Of a DNA stretch of 61,933 nucleotides, positions 53,221 through 61,933 are shown one piece after another. The DNA lies in the NCBI GenBank assembly GCA_017883065.1, contig JADGOG010000001.1:1-61933 (forward strand). The letters run 5' to 3'. The number at the start of each line of letters is the position of its first letter. Within the stretch, counting starts at the first letter, position 1. The position numbers and the translations under genes are program-made. This DNA is from Acidimicrobiales bacterium (GTDB lineage: Bacteria > Actinomycetota > Acidimicrobiia > Acidimicrobiales > RAAP-2). Below the pieces are notes generated by a model. It made no database searches. It was not told the DNA's origin and saw nothing but the letters and a program-made list of their open reading frames with translations.

Positions 53221-53571
53221 GTGCCCACCGAACCCTCCAAGGATCTGCTGGCCGTCGTCAATCCCCACCCGGGTCGCGACTACGAGGTCCGGTGCGACAC
53301 GCCGGAGTTCACCTGCCTGTGCCCGCTGACCGGCCAGCCGGACTTCGCCACGGTGACCATCTGCTATGTCCCTGACCAGTCGCTGGTCGAGCTGAAGTCG
53401 CTCAAGCTCTACCTGTGGAGCTACCGCAACGAAGGCGGCTTCCACGAGGACATGACCAACCGGATCCTGGACGATCTGGTCTTCGCCATCGCTCCCCGGC
53501 GGATGACCGTCACCACGGACTGGCTGGTCCGGGGCGGGATCCACACCGTGGTCGAGGCCTCGCATCCGTAG
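53221..53571 (+). CDS. queF: NADPH-dependent 7-cyano-7-deazaguanine (preQ0) reductase, type I
   Basis: PEFTCLCPLTGQPDFATVTICYVPD..VELKSLKLYLWSYRNEGGFHE is the QueF motif with the catalytic Cys. 116 aa. Confidence 0.9.
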   Translation: MPTEPSKDLLAVVNPHPGRDYEVRCDTPEFTCLCPLTGQPDFATVTICYVPDQSLVELKSLKLYLWSYRNEGGFHEDMTNRILDDLVFAIAPRRMTVTTDWLVRGGIHTVVEASHP

Positions 53572-53633
53572 CCGCCGAGGTCGGCGCTGACCGTCCGTCC
53601 TGCTCTCCCCGGCCAGGGCCGTATCCTGGGGTG

Positions 53634-55061
53634 GTGACCATCGAGGAGCAGGCGGCCGAGCCCCGCACCTTCCACATCCGCACCTTCGGGTGCCAGATGA
53701 ACGACCATGACTCGGAGCGCCTGGCCGGGGCGTTGCTGGCCGATGGGCTGGTGGCCACGACGGACATCGAGGCGGCCGACGTCGTGGTGTTCAACACGTG
53801 CTGTATTCGCGAGAACGCCGACAACAAGTTCTACGGGCACCTGGGCAACCTGAAGGCGCTGCGGGAGAGCCGACCGGGGATGCAGATCGCCGTCGGAGGG
53901 TGCCTGGCTCAGATGGAAAAGGAGCGGGTTCGCGAGCGGGCCTCCCACGTCGACGTGGTGTTCGGCACCCACAACCTCACCAGGGCCCCCGAGCTGCTGC
54001 GGCAGGCGGCCAGGTCGGGACCGGTGGTGGAGATCCTCGACGGACCCCCTCCGGGGGCCGACCCGACCGGAGCAGACCAGCAGGTCGCCGCCCTCAACGC
54101 CGCCCGGGACCTGCCCTATGCCGCGTGGGTCACCATCCAGATGGGGTGCGACAACTCGTGTGCCTTCTGCATCGTGCCCTCGGTGCGCGGCGGAGAGGTG
54201 TCGCGGCCGTTCGACGAGCTGGTGGACGAGGTCCGGACACTGGCCGGACGCGGGGTGACCGAGGTGAGCCTGCTCGGACAGAACGTCAACTCGTACGGCC
54301 GGGACCTCACCCGCCGCCGGCCGCTCTTCGCCGAGCTGCTTCGGGCGGTGGGCGCTGTCGAGGGCATCCGGAGGGTGCGCTACACGAGCCCTCACCCGAA
54401 GGACCTCCGCCCCGAGACGGTCGCCGCCATGGCCGAGACGGACGAGGTGTGCAACCACCTCCACCTGCCCCTGCAGTCCGGCAGCGATGCCGTCCTGAGC
54501 GCCATGCGGCGGGGCTATACGGCCGACAGGTACCTGGCCCGACTGGCTGCGGCCCGGGCGGCCATCCCCGATCTGGCGGTGACCACCGACATCATCGTGG
54601 GGTTCCCGGGGGAGACCGAGGACGACTTCGAACGGACGCTGGCGGTGGCCGCCGAGGCCTCCTACGACAGCGCCTACACCTTCATCTTTTCGCCCCGCCC
54701 CGGCACCCGGGCCGCGGCGATGACCGAACGGTTCGTGCCGGCCGAGATGGTGGCCGATCGTTTCGAGCGCCTGCGCACGGTGGTGGAGCGGTCGGCGCTG
54801 CTGCGGCACCGTGACCGCATCGGCCGGGTCGAGGAGGTGCTGGTGGAGGGTCCCTCCAAGCGGAACTCGTCGGTGCTCACCGGGCGCACCGGTCAGAACA
54901 AGCTGGTGCACTTCGAACGGGTGGAGGGACTGCCGGTGGGCGAGGGGGCCTATGCCACCGTCGAAGTCGTCGACGCCGCCCGCCACCATCTGTCCGGTCT
55001 GTTGCGCGAGGTGACGGCCCGCCCCTCGCACCGAACGCGTATCCCGGTTGCTGCGGGCTGA
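53634..55061 (+). CDS. miaB: tRNA (N6-isopentenyl-A37) methylthiotransferase
   Basis: The track ORF 53415-55061 is trimmed to the GTG at 53634 (or 53631). FHIRTFGCQMNDHDSERLAG (UPF0004 Cys cluster), radical-SAM CDNSCAFCIVP, and a TRAM-like C-terminus. Confidence 0.9.
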   Translation: MTIEEQAAEPRTFHIRTFGCQMNDHDSERLAGALLADGLVATTDIEAADVVVFNTCCIRENADNKFYGHLGNLKALRESRPGMQIAVGGCLAQMEKERVRERASHVDVVFGTHNLTRAPELLRQAARSGPVVEILDGPPPGADPTGADQQVAALNAARDLPYAAWVTIQMGCDNSCAFCIVPSVRGGEVSRPFDELVDEVRTLAGRGVTEVSLLGQNVNSYGRDLTRRRPLFAELLRAVGAVEGIRRVRYTSPHPKDLRPETVAAMAETDEVCNHLHLPLQSGSDAVLSAMRRGYTADRYLARLAAARAAIPDLAVTTDIIVGFPGETEDDFERTLAVAAEASYDSAYTFIFSPRPGTRAAAMTERFVPAEMVADRFERLRTVVERSALLRHRDRIGRVEEVLVEGPSKRNSSVLTGRTGQNKLVHFERVEGLPVGEGAYATVEVVDAARHHLSGLLREVTARPSHRTRIPVAAG

Positions 55062-56094
55062 GCCGCCCGTGGTGGCCCTGGTCGGGCCCACCGCATCAGG
55101 CAAGTCCCAGATCGCCCTGGCCGCGGCCATCCGACTGGCCGACGGAGCTTCCTCTGATGGGGCCGATGGGGTCGGTAGGGCCGGCACTGCGGCGATGGTC
55201 GAACTGGTCTCGATCGACTCGATGGCCGTCTACCGGGGGATGGACATCGGGACGGCCAAGCCCACCCCCGAGGTGCGTGCCCGCGTGCCCTACCACCTGG
55301 TGGACCTGGTCGACCCCTCAGACGAGTTCACCGTGCAGCAGTTCCAACAGGCCGCCCGCCGGGCCCTGGCCGGCATCGCCCGACGGGGACATCCCGCCCT
55401 CCTGGTCGGGGGAACGGGTCTGTACCTGCGCTCGGTGGTCGACGACCTCTCGTTCCCCGGCCGCTTTCCCGAGGTCGCCGCCGAGCTGTCCGACCGGGTC
55501 GACCGGGCCGGACCCGAGGGGAGCCCCGACCAGCGCGTGACGCTCGACGAGCTCCACTGCCGGCTCACCGAGCTCGACCCGGTGGCCGCCAGCCGGATCG
55601 AGCCGACCAATCGGCGACGCCTGGTGCGGGCGCTCGAGGTGACCCTGGGCTCGGGGCGACCGTTCTCCGAGTACGGACCCGGGCTCGAGCAGTACCCGCC
55701 GAGCGGGGTCACCCTGGTCGGCATCGACCGCGAGCCCGACGATCTCGACCGGCGGATCGCCGATCGATTCGAAGGGCTGATGGAGCTCGGGCTGCTGGAG
55801 GAGGTCCGTTCGTTGGTCGCTCGTCCTGGCGGGATCTCCCGCACCGCCAGACAGGCCCTGGGCTATCGCGAGCTCCTCGCCCATCTCGAGGAGGCGATGC
55901 CCGTGGCCGAGGCGGTGGACCTGGCCATCCAACGGACCCGGACGTTGGCCCGGCGCCAGCGAGCCTGGTTCCGACGCGATCCCCGTATCGTGTGGTTGGA
56001 TCCGTCCGACGACGCGGTGGGTGCGATCGTGACCATTGTCGGGAACGTCCCCGAGGTCGCAGAAGGGGTGGGAGAATGGACCAGCACGAGATGA
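55048..56094 (+). CDS. miaA: tRNA dimethylallyltransferase
   Basis: P-loop VALVGPTASGKSQIAL, ..DSMAVYRGMDIGTAKPT.., VPYHLVDL, LLVGGTGLYLRS. The exact start is uncertain; it overlaps the miaB end. Confidence 0.9.
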   Translation: MLRAEPPVVALVGPTASGKSQIALAAAIRLADGASSDGADGVGRAGTAAMVELVSIDSMAVYRGMDIGTAKPTPEVRARVPYHLVDLVDPSDEFTVQQFQQAARRALAGIARRGHPALLVGGTGLYLRSVVDDLSFPGRFPEVAAELSDRVDRAGPEGSPDQRVTLDELHCRLTELDPVAASRIEPTNRRRLVRALEVTLGSGRPFSEYGPGLEQYPPSGVTLVGIDREPDDLDRRIADRFEGLMELGLLEEVRSLVARPGGISRTARQALGYRELLAHLEEAMPVAEAVDLAIQRTRTLARRQRAWFRRDPRIVWLDPSDDAVGAIVTIVGNVPEVAEGVGEWTSTR

Positions 56095-56933
56095 ACCCCT
56101 CCGACCCAACCACCCGATCGCTCCGCCTGGCCAAGTACCAGGGCGCCGGCAACGACTTCCTGGTCCTGGTGGACCTGGACGACCGGACTTCGCTCGACCC
56201 CCCCGTGGTTCGGGCACTGTGCGACCGACGGTTCGGGGTCGGCGCCGACGGAGTGATCAGGATCCTCGCCGGTGACGGTGGGGCCGATCTGACCATGGAC
56301 CTGACCAACGCCGACGGCGGCACCGCCGAGATGAGCGGCAACGGAATTCGCTGCCTTGCCCAGGCAGCGGTGGCCGCCGGTCTCGTCCAGCCTCCGACCT
56401 TCGCCGTCCGGACTCTGGGCGGCGTGCGCACCGTCGCCTACCGGGAGGGAATCGGCGAGGGTCCCGCCTGGGCCTCGGTGGACATGGGTCCCGCCCGCCT
56501 CGGTCCGGAGCGGACGCCCGCTTACGCCGAGCGGCGGGCGCGTCTGGTCGACATGGGCAATCCCCATCTGGTACTCCTGGGCGAGGATCCCTCAGGGATC
56601 GAGGTGACCGAGCTGGGAACGAAGCTCCAGGCGGAATTCCCGGAAGGGGTCAACGTCGAGTTCATCGCCCTCGGCCCGGAACCCGATGCCCTGACATTGC
56701 GGGTGTGGGAGCGGGGTGTCGGCGAGACCCTGGCCTGTGGCACCGGCACTGCCGCCTCGGCCGCCGCCGCCCACGACTGGGGTCTGGTGGGGTCCACGGT
56801 GGACGTCCACAACCCGGGGGGCACACTTCGGGTCGAGCTGGGCGACGAGACGGTCGTGTTGAGCGGACCGGTGGCGTTCGTGGCCGACATCCAGGTCGAT
56901 CCGGCGGCGCTGTTGGCCGGTCGCCGGTCGTGA
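56076..56933 (+). CDS. dapF: diaminopimelate epimerase
   Basis: The track ORF 55992-56933 is trimmed to the ATG at 56076. YQGAGNDFLVL; the two catalytic Cys contexts are SGNGIRCLA and ETLACGTGTAA. Confidence 0.9.
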   Translation: MDQHEMNPSDPTTRSLRLAKYQGAGNDFLVLVDLDDRTSLDPPVVRALCDRRFGVGADGVIRILAGDGGADLTMDLTNADGGTAEMSGNGIRCLAQAAVAAGLVQPPTFAVRTLGGVRTVAYREGIGEGPAWASVDMGPARLGPERTPAYAERRARLVDMGNPHLVLLGEDPSGIEVTELGTKLQAEFPEGVNVEFIALGPEPDALTLRVWERGVGETLACGTGTAASAAAAHDWGLVGSTVDVHNPGGTLRVELGDETVVLSGPVAFVADIQVDPAALLAGRRS

Positions 56934-58270
56934 CACCGAACGATTCGGCGTTCACCGACACCCTGATCTCCCGGACGGTCCGGGAGCGTATCGTGCTGGT
57001 CGGGGTGACCTTCCCCCACTCGACACTGGCCGTGACCGAAGCCGGCCTCGACGAGCTTGCCCTACTGGTGGGTACGGCCGGCGCGGACGTGATGGAGCGG
57101 ATCATCCAACGTCGGTCCACTCCGGATCCGGCCACCTACCTGGGTCGGGGCAAGGCCGAGGAGCTCCTGGCGGTGTGCCTTGCCGTCGACGCCGACACCG
57201 TGGTCTTCGACGCCGACCTCTCGCCAGCCCAGCAGCGCAACCTGGAGAAGATCCTCGGCCGCACCGCCATCGACCGTACCGCGGTGATACTCGACATCTT
57301 CGCCCAGAACGCCCGGACCCCCGAAGGCCGTGCCCAGGTCGAGCTGGCGCTCCTGCGCTACCGCCTGCCGAGGCTGCGCGGGCGGGGACGGTCGTTCAGC
57401 CAGCAGGCCGGTGGGATCGGCACCCGGGGCCCCGGCGAGACCGCCCTCGAGGTCGACCGACGGCGCCTGGTGCGCCGCATGACCCGGCTCGAGTCGGACC
57501 TGCGCCGGCTGGACCAGACCCGGCGCACCCAGCGCAAGGGCCGGGCCCGATCGCGGCAACGGACCGTCTCCCTGGTGGGATACACCAACGCCGGGAAGTC
57601 GACGCTGCTCAACCGGATGTGCGGTTCCGACGTACTGGTCCAGAACCGGCTCTTCTCGACACTCGACCCCCGGACCCGGCAGCTCGACCTCCCCGGTGGC
57701 GAGACAGTGTTGGTCACCGACACCGTCGGATTCGTCCGCAAGCTGCCCCACCAGGTGGTCGAGGCCTTCCGGTCCACCCTCGAAGTGGTGGGGGAGTCCG
57801 ACCTGATCATCCACGTGGTGGACGGTTCTGCCCCCGACTTCGAGGGACAGGTCGACGCGGTGCGCACCGTGCTGGCCGAGATCGGCGCCGATGGACTACC
57901 GGAACTCCTGGTGGTCAACAAGGCCGACGCCATCTTGGCCCAGGACCGAGCCGGCGCCGAGGGCGACGGCGAGGGTCGCGGGGCCGGCGAGGAAGCCCGT
58001 CGACTGATGGCCGCCCACGAGGGGTCGGTGATGGTCTCCGCCCGCACCGGCCAAGGAATCGACAACCTCCTGGTGGCGATGGGGGACCGGCTCCGGGTCG
58101 GAGACCGAGTGGTGGAGCTGGACATCCCCTGGGCGCGTGGCGACGTGCTGGCCGCCGTGCACCGTGAGGGGGAGATCGTGGGCGAGGTTGCCGGCGAGCA
58201 GTCCACCCGGATCCAGGTGGTCCTCGATGACGTGGGCAAGTCGCGGTTCGCCGAATTCCTGGCCTCGTGA
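56930..58270 (+). CDS. hflX: GTPase HflX
   Basis: The track ORF 56705-58270 is trimmed to the GTG at 56930 (GTGA overlap with dapF). DADLSPAQQRNLE, LDIFAQNARTPEGRAQVELA, G1 GYTNAGKSTLLN, G3 DTVGF, G4 NKAD. Confidence 0.9.
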   Translation: MTPNDSAFTDTLISRTVRERIVLVGVTFPHSTLAVTEAGLDELALLVGTAGADVMERIIQRRSTPDPATYLGRGKAEELLAVCLAVDADTVVFDADLSPAQQRNLEKILGRTAIDRTAVILDIFAQNARTPEGRAQVELALLRYRLPRLRGRGRSFSQQAGGIGTRGPGETALEVDRRRLVRRMTRLESDLRRLDQTRRTQRKGRARSRQRTVSLVGYTNAGKSTLLNRMCGSDVLVQNRLFSTLDPRTRQLDLPGGETVLVTDTVGFVRKLPHQVVEAFRSTLEVVGESDLIIHVVDGSAPDFEGQVDAVRTVLAEIGADGLPELLVVNKADAILAQDRAGAEGDGEGRGAGEEARRLMAAHEGSVMVSARTGQGIDNLLVAMGDRLRVGDRVVELDIPWARGDVLAAVHREGEIVGEVAGEQSTRIQVVLDDVGKSRFAEFLAS

Positions 58271-59517
58271 GCCGGCACCCGGACCAGCCGGCGCCGGTCG
58301 CCGCCACCGGTTTCGAGCCGCCTCCATATCCCTACGACCGGCTCAATGCGCTCAAGGCCCGTGCCGAGGTCCGGTTCGCCTCCGCCGCGGTGAACGACCA
58401 CCGACTCGACGGGCTGGGCCTGGTCGACTGTTCGATCGGCACGCCGTGCGATCCACCGCCGGACTCGGTACTGTCGGCCATGTCCTCCTCCGGGAGCGAA
58501 CGTGGTTACCCCACCTCTCCGGGTTCGCCGGCCTACCGGCGCGCCGCGGCCGACTGGCTGGCCCGACGCTTCGGGGTCTCGGTCGACCCCGACACCGAGG
58601 TGGCCGCCTGCGTCGGCACCAAGGAGTTCGTGGCCTCGACCGCCCAGTACCTGCGGCTACGCATGCCCGACCGGGACACCGTCCTCTTCCCGGCGGTCTC
58701 CTACCCCACCTACGCCATGGGTGCCCTGCTCGGCGGATGTCGGCCGGTGGCGGTGGCCGAACTCGCCGGCGGCGGCCTCGACCTCTCTTCTGTGCACCAG
58801 GACGACATCGATCGATCCCTCCTCCTGTGGGCCAACACCCCCTCGAATCCCTCCGGAGCGTTGACCGACATGGATGTGGTGGCCCGGTGGGGCCGCCGCC
58901 ACCGGATCCCGGTCTTCTCCGACGAGTGCTACGCCGAATTCACCTGGGATGGGCCCCCGGCCACCGTGCTCTCCTCGGGCGTGGAGGGAGTGGTCGCCGT
59001 CCACTCCCTGTCCAAGCGGTCCAATCTGGCCGGGGTCCGGGCCGGCTTCTACGCCGGCGATCCCGACCTGGTCGGCTTCCTGCTCGACATCCGCCGGCAC
59101 GCCGGACTGATGGTCCCGGGCCCGGTGCAGGCGGGCGCGGTGGCCGCCTTCGCCGATGACGAGCATGTGGTCGAGCAACGGCGTCGTTACGAGGAGCGAC
59201 TGGAGTTCCTCGGAGCAGTGCTGAGCGACGCCGGCGTCCCGACCACGATGCCGGCGGGCGGGTTCTACCTGTGGGTTCCGGCGCCCGACATGTTCTCCGG
59301 CGGTGCCGTGGGATCCGGCGGTGCCGTGGGATCCGGCGGGTGGGCGCTGGCCGAGGCGTTGGCAATGGAGGGCGGGCTGTTGTGCAGCCCCGGGGATCTC
59401 TACGGTCCCGACGGTGCCGGCCACGTCCGGGTGGCGGTGGTCCAACCCATGGAGCGGCTCGAGGTGGTGGCCCGGCGACTGGGCGGTCGGGCGCTGGCCC
59501 CTCGACCGACGGCGTGA
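58267..59517 (+). CDS. dapC: succinyldiaminopimelate aminotransferase (class I PLP aminotransferase)
   Basis: The GTG start overlaps the hflX stop. ..YPTSPGSPAYR.., NTPSNPSG, SLSKRSNLAGVRAGF (PLP Lys context). It lies directly upstream of dapD/dapE. Confidence 0.8.
   Translation: MSRHPDQPAPVAATGFEPPPYPYDRLNALKARAEVRFASAAVNDHRLDGLGLVDCSIGTPCDPPPDSVLSAMSSSGSERGYPTSPGSPAYRRAAADWLARRFGVSVDPDTEVAACVGTKEFVASTAQYLRLRMPDRDTVLFPAVSYPTYAMGALLGGCRPVAVAELAGGGLDLSSVHQDDIDRSLLLWANTPSNPSGALTDMDVVARWGRRHRIPVFSDECYAEFTWDGPPATVLSSGVEGVVAVHSLSKRSNLAGVRAGFYAGDPDLVGFLLDIRRHAGLMVPGPVQAGAVAAFADDEHVVEQRRRYEERLEFLGAVLSDAGVPTTMPAGGFYLWVPAPDMFSGGAVGSGGAVGSGGWALAEALAMEGGLLCSPGDLYGPDGAGHVRVAVVQPMERLEVVARRLGGRALAPRPTA
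59296..59339 (+). repeat. 18-bp in-frame tandem repeat (2.4 copies) inside dapC
   Basis: TCCGGCGGTGCCGTGGGA x2 followed by TCCGGCGG, encoding SGGAVG-SGGAVG-SGG. Confidence 0.9.
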
Positions 59518-59603
59518 TCGGCCGGCAAGGCGGCGCTGACGGCGACCTCGGATACCGGCTGGTGCGGATCGGGGCAGGCAGGCCCCAGGACTAACGTCTG
59601 GCC

Positions 59604-60431
59604 ATGGCAGATCTCCCGTCCCAGATCGAAGCGTTGTGGTCCCGAGCATCGGAGCTGGGGCCCGGTGACGCCGATGCACTGGCAGTGGTGACCGAGGCCG
59701 TCGACCTGCTCGACAGAGGTGAAGCCCGGGTGGCCGAGGTCGACACGGTCACCGACGAGGTGGTCGTCCATCAGTGGCTGAAGCAGGCCATCCTCCTGCT
59801 GTTCCGCCTGCGTTCGATGGAGACCACCGAGTTGGGCCCCTTCGAGTTCGCAGACAAGCTCCCGTTGAAGAGCGGGTACGCCGCGTCGGGCGTGCGGGTG
59901 GTGCCCGGGGCCTCGGCCCGCTGGGGGTCCTTCCTCGGCAACGGGGTGATCTGCATGCCCAGCTACGTCAACATCGGGGCACGGGTGGGCGCGGGGACGA
60001 TGGTCGACACCTGGGCCACCGTCGGTTCGTGTGCGCAGATCGGCGAGCAGGTCCACCTGTCGGGGGGCGTGGGAATCGGTGGCGTGCTGGAACCGGCCCA
60101 GGCCGCGCCGGTGATCATCGAGGACGAGGTGATGATCGGCAGCCGGTGCATGATCACCCAGGGTGCTCGGGTGGGCCGTGGCTCGGTGGTGGGTGAAGGC
60201 ACCATCTTGAACCCGTCGATCCCGGTGATCGACGCCGAGACGGGCGACGAGATCAGCCGCGGCCACGTTCCGGCATGGAGCGTCGCTGTCCAGGCCTCGC
60301 GCCGGCGTGAGTTCGCCGGCGGCGAGTTCTTCCTTCCATGCGTGCTGGTGATCAAGCGGCTTACCGAGGGAGAGCGTCACGACAAGGCGAAGCTGAACGA
60401 CATCCTCCGCCACCACGGCGTTTCCGCGTGA
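59604..60431 (+). CDS. dapD: 2,3,4,5-tetrahydropyridine-2,6-dicarboxylate N-succinyltransferase
   Basis: 275 aa with left-handed beta-helix hexapeptide repeats (..YVNIGARVGAGTMVDTWATVGSCAQIGEQVHLSGGVGIGGVLEP..IIEDEVMIGSRCMI..). It lies next to dapE. Confidence 0.9.
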   Translation: MADLPSQIEALWSRASELGPGDADALAVVTEAVDLLDRGEARVAEVDTVTDEVVVHQWLKQAILLLFRLRSMETTELGPFEFADKLPLKSGYAASGVRVVPGASARWGSFLGNGVICMPSYVNIGARVGAGTMVDTWATVGSCAQIGEQVHLSGGVGIGGVLEPAQAAPVIIEDEVMIGSRCMITQGARVGRGSVVGEGTILNPSIPVIDAETGDEISRGHVPAWSVAVQASRRREFAGGEFFLPCVLVIKRLTEGERHDKAKLNDILRHHGVSA

Positions 60432-61564
60432 CCGCTGTACCCCCGAGTGGGCCGACGACGGTGGACGGAGTGCCGGACGGGCCGCCCGACGGGCTGCTCG
60501 GGATGGCCACCGCGCTGGTGGCCATCCCTTCGGTCAGCCACCACGAGGGCCCGATGGCCGATGCGGTGGAGGCGGCCCTTGCCCTGTGCCCCTGGCTCAC
60601 GATCGACCGGGTGGGGGACAACGTGGTGGCGCGCACCGACCTGGATCGCCGACAACGGCTGCTTCTGGGTGGTCACCTCGACACCGTCCCTCCTGTCGGG
60701 GGAAACGAGGAACCCCGGATCGAAGGACGGACCCTCTACGGCGTGGGGGCCGCCGACATGAAGGGGGGGCTGGCCGTCCTGCTCCAGGTGGCCGGCACCG
60801 TGCCTCAGCCTGAGGTCGACGTCACCTGGTGCTTCTACGTAGGTGAAGAGGTCGCCCAGGAGTTCAACGGCCTGCGCCACCTGTGGAAGGACCGCCCGGA
60901 CCTGCTCGACGCCGACGCCGCCATCCTCTGTGAACCCACCGGCGGCGTGGTCGAGGCGGGGTGCCAGGGAACCATGCGGGTGCGGGTCACCCTGGCCGGG
61001 TCCCGGGCCCACACCGCCCGCCCTCATACCGGCCGGAATGCCATCCACCGGCTGGCACCGCTGCTGACCGCAGTGGCCGGGTACGAAAGTCGTCGTGCCG
61101 TGCTCGACGGCTGTGAGTACGTCGAACAGCTCCAGGTGGTCGCCGTCGACGGTGGCGTGGCCGGCAACGTGGTGCCCGACACCTCATCGGTGCTGATCAA
61201 CCACCGTTTCGCTCCCGACCGCACCATCGCCCAGGCCGAGGCTTCGATCCGGGCCAACCTTGCTCCCCATCTCGAGCCGGGCGACGTCTGGGAGCTGATC
61301 GAGGCGGCCCCGGGAGCGCCTCCCGCCCTGGACCACCCCCTCCTGGCCGAGTTGGTGGGCGCCACTGGGAGCGCACCCGTGGCCAAGCAAGGGTGGACCG
61401 ATGTCTCGTCGTTCTGGGAACACGGGATCCCGGCGGCCAACTTCGGACCCGGTGACCCGTTGCTGGCCCACACTCCCGGCGAGTTCGTCCGGGCCGGCGA
61501 GCTCGACCAGGTCGCCTCGGTCCTCGGCGCGATGCTCCGCTCCGTGGACGACTCGGCGTCGTAG
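60428..61564 (+). CDS. dapE: succinyl-diaminopimelate desuccinylase (M20 peptidase)
   Basis: The track ORF 60338-61564 is trimmed to the GTG at 60428 (GTGA overlap with dapD). LLLGGHLDTVPP, GAADMKGGLA, EE in YVGEEV, and RAHTARPHTGRNA in the dimerisation domain. Confidence 0.85.
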   Translation: MTAVPPSGPTTVDGVPDGPPDGLLGMATALVAIPSVSHHEGPMADAVEAALALCPWLTIDRVGDNVVARTDLDRRQRLLLGGHLDTVPPVGGNEEPRIEGRTLYGVGAADMKGGLAVLLQVAGTVPQPEVDVTWCFYVGEEVAQEFNGLRHLWKDRPDLLDADAAILCEPTGGVVEAGCQGTMRVRVTLAGSRAHTARPHTGRNAIHRLAPLLTAVAGYESRRAVLDGCEYVEQLQVVAVDGGVAGNVVPDTSSVLINHRFAPDRTIAQAEASIRANLAPHLEPGDVWELIEAAPGAPPALDHPLLAELVGATGSAPVAKQGWTDVSSFWEHGIPAANFGPGDPLLAHTPGEFVRAGELDQVASVLGAMLRSVDDSAS

Positions 61565-61630
61565 TGGGGCCGCACCGGTAGGGCTCGATTGCTGGGATCG
61601 ATCCTGTCGAGCGGCAGATAGGGTCGGGCA

Positions 61631-61933
61631 ATGCCACGATCGCCCCGCACTCTCGGAACCAACGGACTCATCGTGTCGGCCCAGGGCCTCGGCTGCATGG
61701 GAATGAGCGAGTTCTACGGCCAGGGAGACGACGACGAGTCGATCGCCACCGTCCACCGTGCCCTCGAGCTCGGCGTGAACTTCCTCGACACCTCGGACAT
61801 GTACGGCCCGTACCTCAACGAGGAGTTGGTGGGCCGGGCCATCGCCGGGCGTCGCGACGAGGTGGTGCTCGCCACCAAGTTCGGGATCGTACGGGGCGAC
61901 AGTCCGGCCGAGCGCACCATTCGAGGTGACGGC
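61631..61933 (+). CDS. aldo/keto reductase (N-terminal part; runs off the right edge)
   Basis: [30 protein letters not shown]...[28 protein letters not shown] is the AKR N-terminal pattern (D..Y catalytic residues). Confidence 0.8.
   Translation, partial: MPRSPRTLGTNGLIVSAQGLGCMGMSEFYGQGDDDESIATVHRALELGVNFLDTSDMYGPYLNEELVGRAIAGRRDEVVLATKFGIVRGDSPAERTIRGDG

Noticed and set aside
55120-55200. A ~17-aa Gly/Ala/Asp-rich insertion in MiaA between the P-loop helix and the DSMAVYRGMDIGTAKP segment.
   Set aside because: It is a short low-complexity loop insertion of the kind common in GC-rich actinobacterial orthologs, with no evidence of function.
1-61933. A scan for mobile elements, prophage genes, toxin-antitoxin pairs, restriction-modification, CRISPR-Cas or other known defence modules.
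   Set aside because: None of the supported ORFs shows transposase, integrase, nuclease-helicase, methylase-REase or small TA-pair features.

Overview
This is a very GC-rich chromosomal segment; third codon positions are almost always G/C, so every real gene is shadowed by long spurious ORFs in other frames and on the opposite strand. It most likely comes from an Actinomycetota genome. I call 51 protein genes (two truncated at the window edges) and one tRNA-Leu(UAG); almost all are on the + strand.

The window has three parts.

(1) 0-11.8 kb is a lipid/acyl-CoA catabolic neighbourhood. It holds crotonases, a split MaoC hot-dog pair, a double-length acyl-CoA dehydrogenase, a Liv-type ABC importer with a fused LivH-LivM permease, and two SDRs.

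(2) 12-34.3 kb is an accessory envelope block that starts just past the tRNA-Leu.
- Its core is an 11-gene co-directional operon: a GT-C-like membrane glycosyltransferase, two paralogous methyltransferases, five GT4 glycosyltransferases in two paralogous families, an embedded ClpP, and a Wzm/Wzt ABC exporter whose Wzt has an extended C-terminal domain.
- A convergent second GT-C-like membrane protein follows.
- Next come two secreted proteins, an FG-GAP propeller protein and a SpoIID-domain protein. Each ends in the same six-fold, 42-residue GYW..SDGG.FSFGDA repeat.
- The block closes with an 899-aa membrane protein that combines a degenerate kinase-like domain with a flippase-like (LPG-synthase-TM type) domain.

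(3) 34.3-61.9 kb is conserved actinobacterial core in the familiar order rpsO-pnp-M16 peptidase-dapB ... dapA-rnj-ftsK ... miaB-miaA-dapF-hflX. It also carries dapC-dapD-dapE, thrB, queF, a DD-carboxypeptidase, a peroxiredoxin, and a TetR-TetR-diiron protein insertion.

I recognised no transposase, integrase, CRISPR array or known defence genes.

The best candidate for something undescribed is the 12-34 kb block. I read it as an ABC-transporter-dependent, probably methyl-capped glycopolymer pathway sitting next to exoproteins that share a private six-repeat module. That module may be a polymer-binding or envelope-anchoring propeller. A protease subunit and a pseudokinase-flippase-like protein are wired into the same locus.

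All functional calls rest on motif-level reading of the translations. No database search was possible.
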